Source: Eledone cirrhosa
Taxonomy: Eukaryota
Direction: 5' to 3'
Assembly: GCA_964016885.1 (NCBI GenBank)
Contig: OZ024759.1
Location: 31,496,001-31,560,000, forward strand
DNA: 64,000 bases
The translations under genes and the position numbers were made by a program. Position 1 is the first letter of the stretch, and each line of letters opens with the position of its first letter. The notes beneath the pieces were generated by a model that had not been told where the DNA came from, made no database searches, and saw only the letters and a program-made list of their open reading frames with translations. Shown here one piece after another: positions 44,363 through 59,731 of the stretch.

Positions 44363-45564
44363 TGTATATATATATATATATAGGAACGAGTAGGACCCCG
44401 ACGGCTGAGCTCAAGCCATTTCGACGGCTAATTCTGGACTAAATGAGTATCTGTGTGTATGTGTTTGCGTATATGTATCTATGCCTCTGTGTGTGAATGT
44501 GTTTGTGTATGTGTGTCTGTGTCTGTGTTTGTATATGTGTGTCTGTGCCTCTGTGTCTGTGTGTGTATATGTGTGTCTATGTGTGTTTGTTTATGTGTGT
44601 GTCTGTGTGTCTCTATATCTGTATCTCTATATGTATATATATGTATTTATGTATGTCTGTGTCTTATGTCAGTGTGTGTGTGTGTGTCTATATTTGTATC
44701 TCTATATATGTATCTCTATATGTATATATATATGTGTTTATGTATGTCTGTATGTCTGTGTGTGTCTGTGTGTCTCTATATATGTCTCTATATATATATG
44801 TGTATATATGTGTTTATGTATGTTATTTTAATGGTAACACTTCTACAGAAATATTCTCGTAGTCACTGTTATTTCATATAAAGTGGTTTTCATTCTTTGC
44901 TCTTTCCTCTTTCTTTTAAACTTCGTCTATTTGTTTAGTTTCGTTTCGTTTCATTTCGTTTCCTTTCTTCACCATGTTTTTTTTATTATTTTAATAACAG
45001 ATACCAAAGTTGATTTGTTGCCTCCATATAATTTACAACTGTTCCTCTTCTCTTTTATTCTCAACACTCTTCTTCTAACGTTCTAACGTTAAAAAATCTA
45101 AATAGAAACTTTCTCTTCTTACTTTACTCGCAAATGGTAGCATTTTTGTGAAATTGTACTTTCCAAATTGTAGGCAATTTGAAATCAAATCATCGAAATA
45201 AACTATATTTGCGTTGGTTTTTGTTTTGGTCTTTGTTTGTTTCATTTTTATTGTTGTTTGTTGTTGTTTTTTAGTATTATTTTTATTGTGGTTTTGACAA
45301 CATTGAATTGACAGAATTGTTAGAATGTCGGATAGAATTGGACTCGTTGTCTGGTTTACAGAATAAATGTGGGGTGGAATGTATGTGTGGATATATCCTT
45401 ATTTGTTTTGGCTCGCTGCTCTCTGAGTTCAAATCCCGCCGAGGTCAACTTTGGTTTGTAGGGAGGTAGGTGGTCCTAGAGGCAAGGACACCAGAAATGT
45501 CCACTGCAAATAGATACATTCTAAATAACACTGAAAAGAATTGTATTTCCTGCAATAACACACG

Positions 45565-45860
45565 TATTGCTTTGAAACAAACCCCGGTACTGCGGCCCGC
45601 AATATAGAGGAAAGGAAGACAAACAAATACCGAGGTTTGCCGGCCACTTCCTCTTCGTACCGGTCGTGGTCGAGACCTCAGGCCTACTTGGACCCCGTAC
45701 TGCCGGGCTCTTCCGCAAGATCGGAACGTCAGCAGCTTGTCTGAGGAAAGAACCCCGCGAGGTAGAGTGGCTGTTGCAGCGGGTGTCGTTGGCCATTGTC
45801 CGCGGGAATGCTTTTGCGGACTTGTCGGCGGAGCACAGCCCCATCACCGCCGCGCCCTAG
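45565..45860 (+). mobile_element. CRE-like non-LTR retrotransposon 3' remnant
   Basis: NPGTAARNIEERKTNKYRGL / HFLFVPVVVETSGLLGPRTAGLFRKIG...WLLQRVSLAIVRGNA. Confidence 0.85.
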
Positions 45861-46047
45861 GCCTGGAGGCCATCACCCTCCCTTTTCTTTTCTATTCTTC
45901 TGTGACCCCAGAGCAAAGCCCTTTCCTTTTCCTTCCTTTTCCTTTTTCGTAACCATAAAAGACAATTGAAATATAGAGTGAAATGTTTCTAGTACCAAGA
46001 AGATAACAACTATGTCATGCTGGTGTATGTGTACACAGATATATCGG

Positions 46048-46140
46048 GACTTTGCCTTTCATCCTTACGGGGTCGATAAAATAAAGTACCAGTAATGCAC
46101 TGGGTAATTGCTGGCCTTGTGCCAAAAGTAGAAACAATTA
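46048..46140 (+). mobile_element. SINE family 1, 3' half
   Basis: Central domain and tail essentially identical to 36771-36862. Confidence 0.85.
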
Positions 46141-46384
46141 TTTGGTGCTGGCGGAATTAACCGAATCACTAGATGTCAACTCTCTAGACATCTATGTAAA
46201 CAGGTTTTTACATGTCAGTGAATACACACCTTCTGCATATATGTACCTGTGCACGTATTTACGTGCGTGTGTATGTACGTGCGTATATATGTACGTATAT
46301 ACGTATGTATGTATATACGTATGTACGTATGTATGTAGGTGTGTAGGTATGTACGTATGTATGTATGTATGTATGTATGTATGT

Positions 46385-46940
46385 CTCATGGTCGGGTCGT
46401 TGGCGACTAAACTGGCAACCCCACCAAGGTTTCTTGGTGAGGAGGGTGACTTTGGACATCCTGCAGGACTAAAAACAAAACCTGTCAAAGGGCAAAGGGG
46501 CTCTTAAGAGTCAATGGCCATCCAAAATCACCGGGAGAGATGACCCCTTAGCCTTTGTCAAGGCAGAATTCTAGGAGAAGGAAAACTCTGATATAACACC
46601 TGCAACCCTGATGGTATCCAATGATGTTGACTTGTTCTTCTTTTTGGTAAATATCATCTTGGTTAAGAGAGTGGGACTGGCTTTGTGCAGTGCCTTTGTT
46701 CACTATAAAAGCTTCACGGCACAGGCATTGCTTTATATCTGGAGATCTCTCTGCACTTGTCGTCACATGGTACCATGGGCCCAGCACTATGTGTCAATAA
46801 TTGTCACAAGTGTAGTGTTTGTACCAGAGGTTTCAAGTCGCTGGCTGGACTAAAAAGTCACACTCGTTCAGCGCTTCGGTAGGGGTTCTCCTACATGGAT
46901 ATAAAGTAGTGGCCGTACTCGAAAACGAGTTGGCAGCTAC
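46385..46940 (+). mobile_element. Possible LINE (RTE-like) 5' region
   Basis: GC-richer non-repetitive island between microsatellites starting ggtcgttggcgactaaactgg; ggcgactaaact also occurs on - at about 19013-19024. Recognition from memory only. Confidence 0.35.
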
Positions 46941-47008
46941 CATATTTATATATAAGTGTGTACATATATAAGTGTGTACGTATATATGTGTGTACCTATA
47001 TAAGTGTG

Positions 47009-47124
<116 letters not shown>

Positions 47125-47288
47125 CACACGCACTCTAAAGCTCTGAGACGTGCTAACAAAATAGTAAATGCTATTTTCTAGATAACACCAACCTGAAAAA
47201 TATCGACCAAACCACAGGAAGAACTAGAAGTGTGTGCGTGTGTGTGCGTGTATGTGTGTGTTTCTCTCTCTCTGCCTGTATCAGTGTG

Positions 47289-47322
<34 letters not shown>

Positions 47323-47364
47323 CGTGTATGTGTGTGTTTCTCTCTCTCTGCCTGTATCAGTGTG

Positions 47365-47396
<32 letters not shown>

Positions 47397-47494
47397 AGTA
47401 AATGATGGAAGACATGACATTGTCAGAGATTTCTACAGCTTGAGAGGAAGAACATAACAGGTGGATTTAATCAAATAAGATGTTAGATCTGTGA

Positions 47495-48545
47495 GTTCTG
47501 AGAGGAGATAGTGGCAGGAGAGGCTTTGTACATCAGTGTAGAGAGGGGGAGAGTTCTGAGAGGAGATATTGGCAGGAGAGACTTTGTACATCAGTGTAGA
47601 GACGGGGAGAGTTCTTGTACATCAGTGTAGAGAGGGGGAGAGTTCTTGTCATCAGTGTAGAGAGGGGGAGAGTTCTGGGAGAAGATATCGGCAGGAGAGG
47701 CTTTGTACATCAGTGTAGAGAGGGGGAGAGTTCTTGTACATCAGTGTAGAGAGGGGGGAGAGTTCTGGGAGAAGATGTCGGCAGGAGAGGCTTTGTACAT
47801 TAGTGTAGAGAGGGGGAGAGTTCTTGTACATCAGTGTAGAGAGGGGGGAGAGTTCTGAGAGAAGATATTGGCAGGAGAGGCTTTGTACATCAGTGTAGAG
47901 AGGGGGGAGAGTTCTTGTACATCAGTGTAGAGAGGGGGAGAGTTCTGAGAGAAGATATTGGCAGGAGAGGCTTTGTACATCAGTGTAGAGAGGGGGGAGA
48001 GGCTTTGTACATCAGTGTAGAGAGGGGGAGAGTTCTTGTACATCAGTGTAGAGAGGGGGAGAGTTCTGGGAGGAGATATTGGCAGGAGAGACTTTGTACA
48101 TCAGTGTAGAGAGGGGGAGAGGCTTTGTACATCAGTGTAGAGAGGGGGGAGAGTTCTTGTACATCAGTGTAGAGAGGGGGAGAGTTCTGAGAGAAGATAT
48201 TGGCAGGAGAGGCTTTGTACATCAGTGTAGAGAGGGGAGAGAGTTCTTGTACATCAGTGTAGAGAGGGGGGAGAGTTCTTGTACATCAGTGTAGAGAGGG
48301 GGAGAGTTCTGGGAGGAGATATTGGCAGGAGAGGCTTTGTACATCAGTGTAGAGAGGGGGGAGGCTTTGTACATCAGTGTAGAGAGGGGGGAGAGTTCTT
48401 GTACACCAGTGTAGAGAGGGAAGAGTTCTGGGAGGAGATATTGGCAGGAGAGACTTTGTACATCAGTGTAGAGAGGGGGAGAGGCTTTATACATCAGTGT
48501 AGAGAGGGGGGAGAGTTCTGGGAGGAGATGTTGGCAGTGTAGAGG
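47495..48545. repeat. Two-module minisatellite (tgtacatcagtgtagagagggggagagttct +/- gggagaagatattggcaggagaggctt)
   Basis: More than 20 units in irregular order. Confidence 0.9.
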
Positions 48546-48972
48546 GAGAAATAGGGAGATGGAGAGAACGAGAATAAGAGAGCGAGAGAGAGGGAGCGAA
48601 AGAGATAAAGGTAGCAAGCAAGAGAGCGGATCAGAGAGAGCAAGCAAGAGAGCTAACCAGAGAGAGCAAGAGAGAGAAAGAGCAAGCAAGAGAGCGAGAA
48701 CCAGAGAGCAAGCAAGGGAGAGCTAACCAGAGAGAGCTAACCAGAGAGAGCAAGAGAGAGAGAGCTAACCAGACAGAGCAAGAGAGAGAGAGAGCAAGCA
48801 AGAGAGAGAGAGAACCAGAGAGCGGTAGAAAGAAGAGCGATATAGTCACATTAAATTCTCACAGCTTTATATAATCCTCCGGCAAGTTTTTTCTTCTTCT
48901 TGATCGCTAAGTGTATGGTAACTGATGTCTACATGTTTGGTTACATGTATATGGGATTTGATCATATATACA

Positions 48973-49045
<73 letters not shown>

Positions 49046-49134
49046 CACATATCAATCTATATGTGTGTATATGTACTCACTTATTTCAATTTCTGCCTGC
49101 GGCGACAAATCTGTTTCTATCGAAATACATGTAC

Positions 49135-49202
<68 letters not shown>

Positions 49203-49421
49203 TTATATGTGCATGCATATATATATATATACACATATATATATATATGCATATATGTGCATGCATATATATATATATATACATATATATACATATATAC
49301 ATGCATATATGTGAATGCATATATATATATATATATACATATATATACATATATATATGCATATATATATATACATACATACATATATATGCATATATAT
49401 ATATACATACATACATATATA

Positions 49422-49474
<53 letters not shown>

Positions 49475-49509
49475 ATACATATATTTGCATATTTACACAT
49501 ACATATATT

Positions 49510-49544
<35 letters not shown>

Positions 49545-49546
<2 letters not shown>

Positions 49547-49735
49547 CGAAGGAAATGTGGTAAGGAACCAGGTGGACCATAACGCACCAAAGTACTCAAT
49601 ACTTAGGGTAGTAGAGTGGGTGATAGGAACGAGTAGGACCCCGACGGCTGAGCTCAAGCCGTTTCGACGGCTAATTCAGTCCAGAATTAGCCGTCGAAAC
49701 GGCTTGAGCTCAGTCGTCGGGGTCCTACTCGTTCC

Positions 49736-49737
<2 letters not shown>
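49545..49737 (-). mobile_element. Family A palindromic element
   Basis: Homolog of 4851-5039, flanked by (TA)n on both sides. Confidence 0.85.
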
Positions 49738-49766
<29 letters not shown>

Positions 49767-50489
49767 ATAGAAAGGTAGACAGACAGTTAAATTACGTGTA
49801 CAGAATATTCAAATTACAAATTACATATTTCTATTATGCAAATTCTGTTTCGACATATGTATATAGAATATATATGACACAATTGTATCATTATATGTGT
49901 GTGTGTGTTAGTGTATATGTGTGTGTATATGTGTGGGTGTGGGTGTTAGTGTGTGTGTATGCCTGTGTGTTAGTGTATATGTGTGGGTTAGTGTATGTGT
50001 TAAGGTGTGTGTGTGTGTGTATGTGTGTGTTTTAGTGCGTAGGTTTATCTATGTGTATGTCTGTGTTAGTGTGTGTTTTACTGTCTATGTGTTTCTTGCT
50101 GTGTATATGTGTTAGTATGTAGAGCTGTGTGTATATATGACACAATTGTATGTGTGTGTATGTATGTGTGTAGCTTTATCTGTGTGTATATATGTATGTA
50201 TGTATGTGTTTTTGTGTGTGTGTGTGTATGAATCTCTCATTGAGTGTAAGTGTGTATGTTCGTCTGTGTGTGTGTGTGCGTGCGTGTGAGTGCATGTCAG
50301 AGTGTGTGTGTCTGTCAGTTTGCGTGTGTATGTCAATGCATACCAGGTGTGTCAGTGTGTGAGTGTGTGTGTGTCCCTCTATGCGTATGTGTATGTGTCA
50401 ATATGTGCGTATGTGTGTGTGTGAGTGAGTGCATGCCAATGGGTGTCAAAGTGTGTGTGTGTTTGTGCGTATATATATATGTGTGTATG

Positions 50490-50656
<167 letters not shown>

Positions 50657-50754
50657 GTGTTAGTGTACAAATAATGATTTGATCAAACAGGCAAAAATAG
50701 AGTAATTTTCTATATTCAAAACTACGAAAGACTATAATTATATATCTAATTGAC

Positions 50755-50814
<60 letters not shown>

Positions 50815-51019
50815 AGTAAACAAACAGACAAACAAACATGATATATCGTCCATCTTTCATATACTTACATAAGTTTCCTTACATTTTATTATATATTATT
50901 TCTATCTTAGAATTTACTGGAAGAAATTTGACAGAAAAATATAATCTATTTGAAGCGATGAGGTTCTGTGATTCTGGCAGCAGTCCCGATGCATGGCTCT
51001 TTAAACAAATGTCTTTTAC

Positions 51020-51240
51020 AATGTTTTCCAGGGACAACCTGGTGCAGCCTGCTACTAACCCAGGCTCAGCTGCACTTCGGGCCGAAGAGAGTCAACTCTC
51101 TAAATAGCGGTCGTTCTTCGACAGGTTTACAATCGAGCCCGAAGCAGTAGAGACTTCTGGTGTCCTTGGTTCTAGAACCACCTCCCTACTTACCACCATA
51201 GGCATGGAGTTGGCTACCCGTAGGTGTGAGCCTCGGGTTA
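51020..51240 (+). mobile_element. CRE-like endonuclease remnant
   Basis: FSRDNLVQPATNPGSAALRAEESQLSK*RSFFDRFTIEPEAVETSGVLGSRT. Confidence 0.8.
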
Positions 51241-51535
51241 GGTTGACCAATAATGCCAAGATTAAAGACGAAATATATATATGAATTAATGATATAAATA
51301 TATACATATTAATGAATTAATATGTTATAAAGAATTTTTTTTTTTTTTTTTTTGCTCTGGGGATAATATTGACACACTTGTTTATTTATTTTTAATGGAT
51401 TAATATCGATTTATATTCGATATCACAACATCCATGTCCACTCTTAATATGCAATATTTGAAACAGCCTGTTAGTTATTAAATATATATATATGTATTCA
51501 TAAATCTTTGTTGTTCTCTCCAGCATTTGAGATAT

Positions 51536-51764
<229 letters not shown>

Positions 51765-51789
51765 ATTTGATACAACGATATAGTTATTT

Positions 51790-51836
<47 letters not shown>

Positions 51837-51963
51837 AAGGACAATGGTCGTAGTGTGGAGATGACAGGGATCTGCTGAAGAAAATTAACAACGCAGGCGA
51901 TGTCTTAGAATTAATCTGTAAAAAGATTTAAAAGTACCCGGGATACATGTACGAAGCATATTG

Positions 51964-52150
51964 AGAAGAAGAAGAAGAAGAAGAAGAAGAAGAAGAAGAA
52001 GAAGAAGAAGAAGAAGAAGAAGAAGAAGAAGAAGAAGAAGAAGAAGAAGAAGAAGAAGAAGAAGAAGAAGAAGAAGAAGAAGAAGAAGAAGAAGAAGAAG
52101 AAGAAGAAGAAGAAGAAGAAGAAGAAGAAGAAGAAGAAGAAGAAGAAGAA
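51964..52150. repeat. (GAA)n microsatellite, about 62 units
   Basis: Direct reading. Confidence 0.95.
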
Positions 52151-52598
52151 GACGACGACGACGACACAAAATGACTAGCAATTGTAATTTTAATTCAGTA
52201 ATACAAAAAAGTTCTTCCAATTGGACGATAGCAAGAGAATTATATTGATTAAGCTTAATAAAGAAAGTAATTTGAAATTCTGTAATGGTTATTCGACGTT
52301 TCATTAAAACATGGCGGTCATTTTAATGGCCGTATTTCACCAAAAAATAATAAATAATTCAATAAATAAAATAAACCAAAGGAAATCTAAACAGGAAGGA
52401 CAGTCAATATGGAAATAACAAATAAAAATGAACAGCAACAACAACAAGAACAACTAAAAACTATTGAAGGATAAGAAAACAATACAGGACATGTAAAAAT
52501 CAATCAATTTCCACGTGTTTCAAAGGATCGAAGAAAGAATAAGGAAAGAAAAAAAAGAAAAAAATATATATATATACTCATCATGCACCTTTCGTTTG

Positions 52599-52714
<116 letters not shown>

Positions 52715-53287
52715 CAAAATATTAATGAATGAACACTTTCACATAATCAAAATATATGTTCTATTATATATATTTCGGAGGTACTGTGGTGTTTTTTATT
52801 TTGAATAATATTAATAACTCCAGAAAACTTTTTGGTTGAGTGCTTTGAATCTATTGTAAAACTATATTCATTGAGTAATTAATGAACCGTATTAACATTT
52901 GATTATATAGATATAGCAAACGAAAGGTGAATGAATTTTTCAGATAATTAAACACAATTAAATAAAATTAAGAAATTAGGTAAAACTGAAGACTGGCGAG
53001 AAATTATTTCATAGGATCTGATAAATAATGTTGAAACTATATACTTTACAATACTGTAGACATACACACATACACATATATATATTTACACACACACACA
53101 AACAAACAAACACACACACAAACACACACACACAAGCAAACAAACACACACACACAAACAAATACACACACACATAAACAAACACACACACACACACATA
53201 CACATATATATATTTATATATATATATATATGGAAGCGGGGTGTTAAATCAATGTACGAAGACGAATTTTCGGCTTTTAAGCGCTGA

Positions 53288-53323
<36 letters not shown>

Positions 53324-53601
53324 TAAAAAACGAAGTGAGCTGTGTGGTTACTGTAAACAAAGTTTAAGATGGTAGTATGAACGAAAGAAGAGAAGCGCCG
53401 AAACATCTACGATCTCGGTTTACAGCTGATGAAGGATTTCTTCTCTTGTTTCTTCCATACTACCATCTTAAACTTTGTTGTAATAATATTGCCAGAATTA
53501 ATAACAGAACACATTCTGGCAATATTATTACAACAATATGACCCTCCCCAAGTATAACAATATTTGTTTCGACACACGATTTCATATCAAAAACCTCGCA
53601 A

Positions 53602-53662
<61 letters not shown>

Positions 53663-53852
53663 GCACAGTTAGACACTCATATTAATACCCTGTAATCAAT
53701 AAATAAATACTGAGCATTTTATAATATATATAGAAATAAACAGTAAATTGTGCCCTAGTAATTTTAAACACACAATTTACTGTGTTTATAAATGTTTTAA
53801 TATATAAATGCTTCTAGAGGACTAGAACTGTTTCTCATGAGAAATCATCTGG

Positions 53853-53905
53853 AAGCTTCCTGATGATTTCTCATGAATGAAACAGTTTTAGTCCTGTAGA
53901 AGCTT
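53853..53905 (+). ncRNA. Type I hammerhead ribozyme (family B)
   Basis: aagcttc-CTGATGA-tttc(tcat)gaat-GAAAcag(ttttagtc)ctgTA^gaagctt; 7-bp stem I. Confidence 0.85.
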
Positions 53906-53918
53906 TTCTATATTAAAA

Positions 53919-53977
<59 letters not shown>

Positions 53978-54129
53978 ATAGTATTCGTTATAACGGAATT
54001 TTATCAGTATATATATGTGTGTGTGTGTGTGAGTGTATGAAGGTTATCCAACCATCTTGCAAAAAAACAAAACAAATCAGGGAAAAAAAAAAGAATTTTC
54101 TTAAAGTGGTCCAGAAACAATTTTTGTCA

Positions 54130-54250
54130 GATGATCTGAGTTCAAATCCCGCCGAGGTTAACTTTGCTTTTCATCCTAACGGGGTCGATAAAATAAAGTA
54201 CCAGTAATACACTGGGTGATTGCTGGCCTTGTGCCAAAAGTAGAAACGAT
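54130..54250 (+). mobile_element. SINE family 1, partial
   Basis: B box and central domain. Confidence 0.85.
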
Positions 54251-54264
54251 TATTACTATATATA

Positions 54265-54573
54265 TATGTTATACTTGGGGAGGGTCATATTGTTGTAATA
54301 ATATTGCCAGAAATAATAGCAGAACACATTCACTGTTTGGTTGGTTTTCGCTTTTGGTATATTTTATATCTGCATAGTTAATTTATTTGGCAATCAATGT
54401 TTATCATTGATTGACCAACGGTTAAAAAATACAGATATAAATATATATAGTCTATCAGTAAGTGTGTTCTGTTATTATTTCTGGCAATATTATTACACCA
54501 ATTTGACCCTCTCCGAGTATAACAATATTTGTTTCGACACACGATTCCATATCAAAAACCTTGCAAAACAAAT
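54265..54573. mobile_element. TA-embedded repeat family with internal inversion
   Basis: Related segments at 53475-53608 and 62833-63058 (tatttgtttcgacacacgatttcatatcaaaaacc). Confidence 0.75.
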
Positions 54574-54655
54574 ATATATATATATGCTTTGAAGGTTTTT
54601 TAGAGAACTTATCAACATCATCGGATGCTTCCGAAGCCGCGGGTGGTTTTTTTCA

Positions 54656-54726
<71 letters not shown>

Positions 54727-54796
54727 GTCGTCAAGTGTGAAATTTGTAGAAATTTTGTAGAAAAGAAACAAATTTCTACAAATTTTATATTTGACG

Positions 54797-54892
<96 letters not shown>

Positions 54893-55672
54893 AAATTCCA
54901 GTGGACGTTTCTCCAAAGCAACAATAATTCAAATTAAAAAATATGTCTATATCATCAGAGAAAGATACGGCGGTAGACCCAATACAGAAACCACTAAGCC
55001 GTGTACCCTTGTGCACCTTCATTAAACACACCTCCCCTACCCTGGAACAGAACTCGTTACCTTACGACTGTGAACACAACCCAGAAACCATTAAGCCGTG
55101 CACCCTTGTGCACTTTCATTATACCACCCACTTATTTTATTTTGTTTTTTGTTGTTGTTTTTTTGTTCGTTTTATTTAATTACAGATCGAAATTTTCATT
55201 GATTGAAATTTATTGTTAAGTCCTCAAAGCATCTAATCAGCAGGAATTACTGATTTTTAATTACATGTAACACCAAACAATGTATGAACTCGTACACTTT
55301 GTATACGCTGTCGTAATTAGTTTGTTGTGAAACTGGTTTCCGGCTAATATTAAAAAGAAATCAAAAACAAAACAAAAAAAATCATTAATGAGTTTGAAAA
55401 ATCAGCAACCTAGATTTTCGATAATCTGATATCATTATCTCATTAGGTTAGCTTTTAACACAAAACAGATCAAAGGCAATGTTTACATCGGTAAATAGGG
55501 GAATTCCTAAGCTGGTCGATGTTTGCCCCGTCGGCATCGAGTGGATTATATATATACTAGCAGAATGGCCGGCGGTTCCCGGCGCTGCTTTCACCCTTAA
55601 CGGGATCTTCTGAAACTAAAAAAATCAATCTGTGAACGCAGAAGAAAATATTTCGAAAAACGTTACACACTA

Positions 55673-55707
<35 letters not shown>

Positions 55708-56330
55708 CTATATCCAAAATTAAGATAAATCAAATGAATTTAATCTAAATCAAAATTATGGGTGTCATGCCAGAAAGACATGCGCCATATCACCCGCAAA
55801 ATAAGCTCTAAGATTCTAACGAGTAGGTCCGAGTATTTTATAATAACTAGAGATTGATTAACATATAAATAAACATGAATAATCACAGGAGATAATTTTT
55901 ACAAGTGTGTAACCACACATAGCTAGGTAGGTAACTAAATAAAGTTGACCAGAACTTCAAAAATAGATACCTTATAATATGATTAATCTTCCCTGTATAT
56001 ATTCTATTAAAGAAATATATTTCACCAATTAAATATATATATTCACATGATGGATGTGAATCCGAAATATATAGGGACAATTAAATCTGTCCCAAGGTAA
56101 CTCTATCTCGTGTTGTTATTTTTATTTTTATCCTTTACGCTCTTTCCTACATTCCTCTACACGCTACAGTCTTATACGCGCCACGCATCTCAACGTACAC
56201 CCAATTACATCTCTCTCTCCACCACCGGATCTTGTTACCCGGAGATTTACCCATCTGCATTGTCGAGGCTTCCAAACGACTTAAAGAAATTTACCTTATT
56301 ATTCCACAATGCTTCAAGCAAACTTCAATA

Positions 56331-56416
<86 letters not shown>

Positions 56417-56595
56417 GGGCATGTATGAAAGCATATATGTATGTGTAATATGCATACATAAGTCTCGCTATGGGGTTATAATTTATTGTTGCGATCATGT
56501 GACATATATTTCAATAACCAGTAACAGTGTAAAAACCCCAGACTCTCGTGTGTTTCGTGAATATTTCTCCACTTGGCGTCATTTACACTCTCAGT

Positions 56596-56900
56596 AATTG
56601 TTTCTAGTTTTGGCACAAGGCCAACAATTACCCAGTGCATTACTGGTACTTTTTTTTATCGACCCCGTAAGGATGAAAGGCAAAGTTAACCTCGGCGGGA
56701 TTTACACTCTTAATAATTGTTTCTACTTTTGGCACAAGGCCAGCAATTACCCAGTACATTACTGGTACTTTATTTTATCGACCCCGTAAGGATGAAAGGC
56801 AAAGTTAACCTCGGCGGGATTTGAACACAGACCGTAAAGGGACGTAACTATGCTGGAAAGCATGGCGTCCGACTCTCTACTGATACTGCCAATCCACCGC
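56596..56900 (-). mobile_element. SINE family 1 tandem (partial plus full)
   Basis: Two central domains and one tRNA head; tttacactct direct repeats at the junctions. Confidence 0.85.
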
Positions 56901-57251
56901 CCTTTACACTCTTAATAATGAGATATAAGCTACAGATTTCACACATTTCTAGCGTCCATCAATACTAAATGCGGTTAAGTCTACCGTTTAAAGACTCGAC
57001 AGTATCGCTTCTTTTTAGGAAACAAACGCCTTGTATCTAGGAAACCAATGGATACGTGATTATATTGCTATTGCTATATAAATTCACGTAAAAGCATTGA
57101 TCGGTTTCACTAAATATTTCAAGAGCCCTTGGGGAGGTCATAATTGGAACGATCATAACAACGAATAAATATATAGCGGGATAATAAATACAGTATAAAT
57201 GGTATTGATTAAAACATCTTACTCTTCAATACAAACCCACTCATTATATAA

Positions 57252-57286
<35 letters not shown>

Positions 57287-57298
57287 CATATACACACA

Positions 57299-57373
<75 letters not shown>

Positions 57374-57400
57374 TTATATATATATATATATTTATATATA

Positions 57401-57967
57401 CTAGCAGTAGTACCCGGCGTTGCACGGGATAAGGTATTTTGGAACGCGGACCGCCAATAGACCTAATCGTGGAAAAACTGCATGCCTGGACAATATGTAA
57501 AGAAAATAAACCGAATACTCTGATGGCTGGATAATCTTTAAGATTTTCCTCGATGAAGCAGGAAAAATGCAGGTTTTCACCTAATGCGGGCCCTAGGGGA
57601 TCAAGAATGTAAATTTTTTTAATGTGCATTATATGTCTTTAAATTTCGAGAAAATCGGCTAGACGTAACGCCTGAAAAAAGCCATAAAAAGCTGAAAAAA
57701 TGAAGTTTTTCACCTAATGCGGGCCCTAGGCCATAAAAAGTTGGTTTTTCTTTGCTCACGGTATGAAGAAGAGGCTGGCTAATACATAGTTACAACTTCA
57801 AGGAAATCGGTCTGAGGTAACGCCTCAAAAAAAAACTAAAAAGCTGAAAAACGCAGTTTTTCACCTAATGCGGGCCCTAGGGGATCAAAAAGTTGAAATT
57901 TGTTTATGTGCATAACACTCCCTGAAACATAACTAACACACACGCACGCACACACACACACATACAC

Positions 57968-57998
<31 letters not shown>

Positions 57999-58050
57999 CT
58001 TACATATATATATATATATACCATACACTTTCATATGGACACAAATATGT
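57401..58050 (-). mobile_element. Non-autonomous Helitron-like element
   Basis: Minus-strand 3' end cccg-tgcaacgc-cggg...CTAG abutting T in (TA)n; three internal repeats ttttcacctaatgcgggccctagg; far boundary uncertain. A second such end lies at 55557-55583. Confidence 0.65.
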
Positions 58051-58074
58051 ATATATGTATTCGTTTATAATCTA

Positions 58075-58120
<46 letters not shown>

Positions 58121-58293
58121 ATATACTATATATATACATGTACACACTATACTCACACATATACTTAGACAAATATGTATATATGTATTTGTATATATAT
58201 GTATATGTGCATACATATATATATATATATGTGTTTGTGTGTGTATGAAAGTACGTGTGCATGTGTTGTGTACATATATATATATGGGTATAT

Positions 58294-58375
<82 letters not shown>

Positions 58376-59036
58376 TATATATATATATATATAAACATAT
58401 ATATATATAAACAAAGACACATATACATATTTCTGTCTATATGGAAGTGTACCTTGTGTATGTGTGTGTATATGTATGAAAGGCAGATGGTTTGCAGGAT
58501 GAGGGGAAAAAATGAAGAAGAGGGGAAGATTATTTAAGTGTAGGTTTAGACTATGTCGTGCTAGTTTACAAGACAATAAACATGAAAACACAGAAGTAGC
58601 TGGAAACGGTATTGAGGTCAAAACACGGCTTACTCAGGACATTGACAAATATTTATTTAAATATATCACAAACGTACTTGAAAAAATGACAAATATAAGC
58701 AACGATAGATGTGATCTACCGCAAACAATTGCATCTGTTTACCAGAAATGTTTATCACTTTAGAAATACGAACAAGTAATAAAATATATTCACCATATTA
58801 AAGAAAATATCGGAAAAACAGAGCAGCCATTTTGAATTTTGTTATATATATTTTTCAATGGCGTTTGCTGTAAACTATTTCTACGTGTTTAGTAAACTTA
58901 ATGTGAATTTGATGGTAATTTATAGGGCTTTTGCTTCAATTCTTCATCTTTATACTTTCTGTTTCGAGCACAACAATGTTATTCACATTAACGAAGAAAA
59001 AAGTAGTCCATCTTAATAATGAAAATAAATTGTAAG

Positions 59037-59199
<163 letters not shown>

Positions 59200-59261
59200 C
59201 AATCTATATATCCATAACTATATATCTATATCTATATATATATCCATATACATATTTATGT

Positions 59262-59301
<40 letters not shown>

Positions 59302-59477
59302 ATGTATATATATATCGATATATATATACCCATATATATATATTATATTCACGAAGATAATGGTGTGATGAGGACATTCACCTAAAAAATACCAAGAATA
59401 CTTCTAAGTACTTGTGGAAAATCTAATAAAATGTGAAAATCCAGCTGCATTGAAATTTGATTGACTAATATATATAT

Positions 59478-59515
<38 letters not shown>

Positions 59516-59516
59516 G

Positions 59517-59618
<102 letters not shown>

Positions 59619-59688
59619 CATATATACATACATATATATATATATATATATATTTCGTTTCTGAAAGAAAAGAAGAAAAGAATCCCCA

Positions 59689-59731
59689 GTCACTGAAGAG
59701 GTCACAGAATGTGTGACGAAAGAACTTTGAC
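59689..59731 (+). ncRNA. Minimal type I hammerhead ribozyme (family I)
   Basis: gtca-CTGAAGA-g-gtcac(agaatgt)gtgac-GAAAg(aa)cTT^tgac. Confidence 0.85.

Noticed and set aside
53395-53450. GAAAC...CTGATGA suggesting a type II hammerhead
   Set aside because: Stems I and III do not pair convincingly; more likely rearranged pieces within an inverted repeat.
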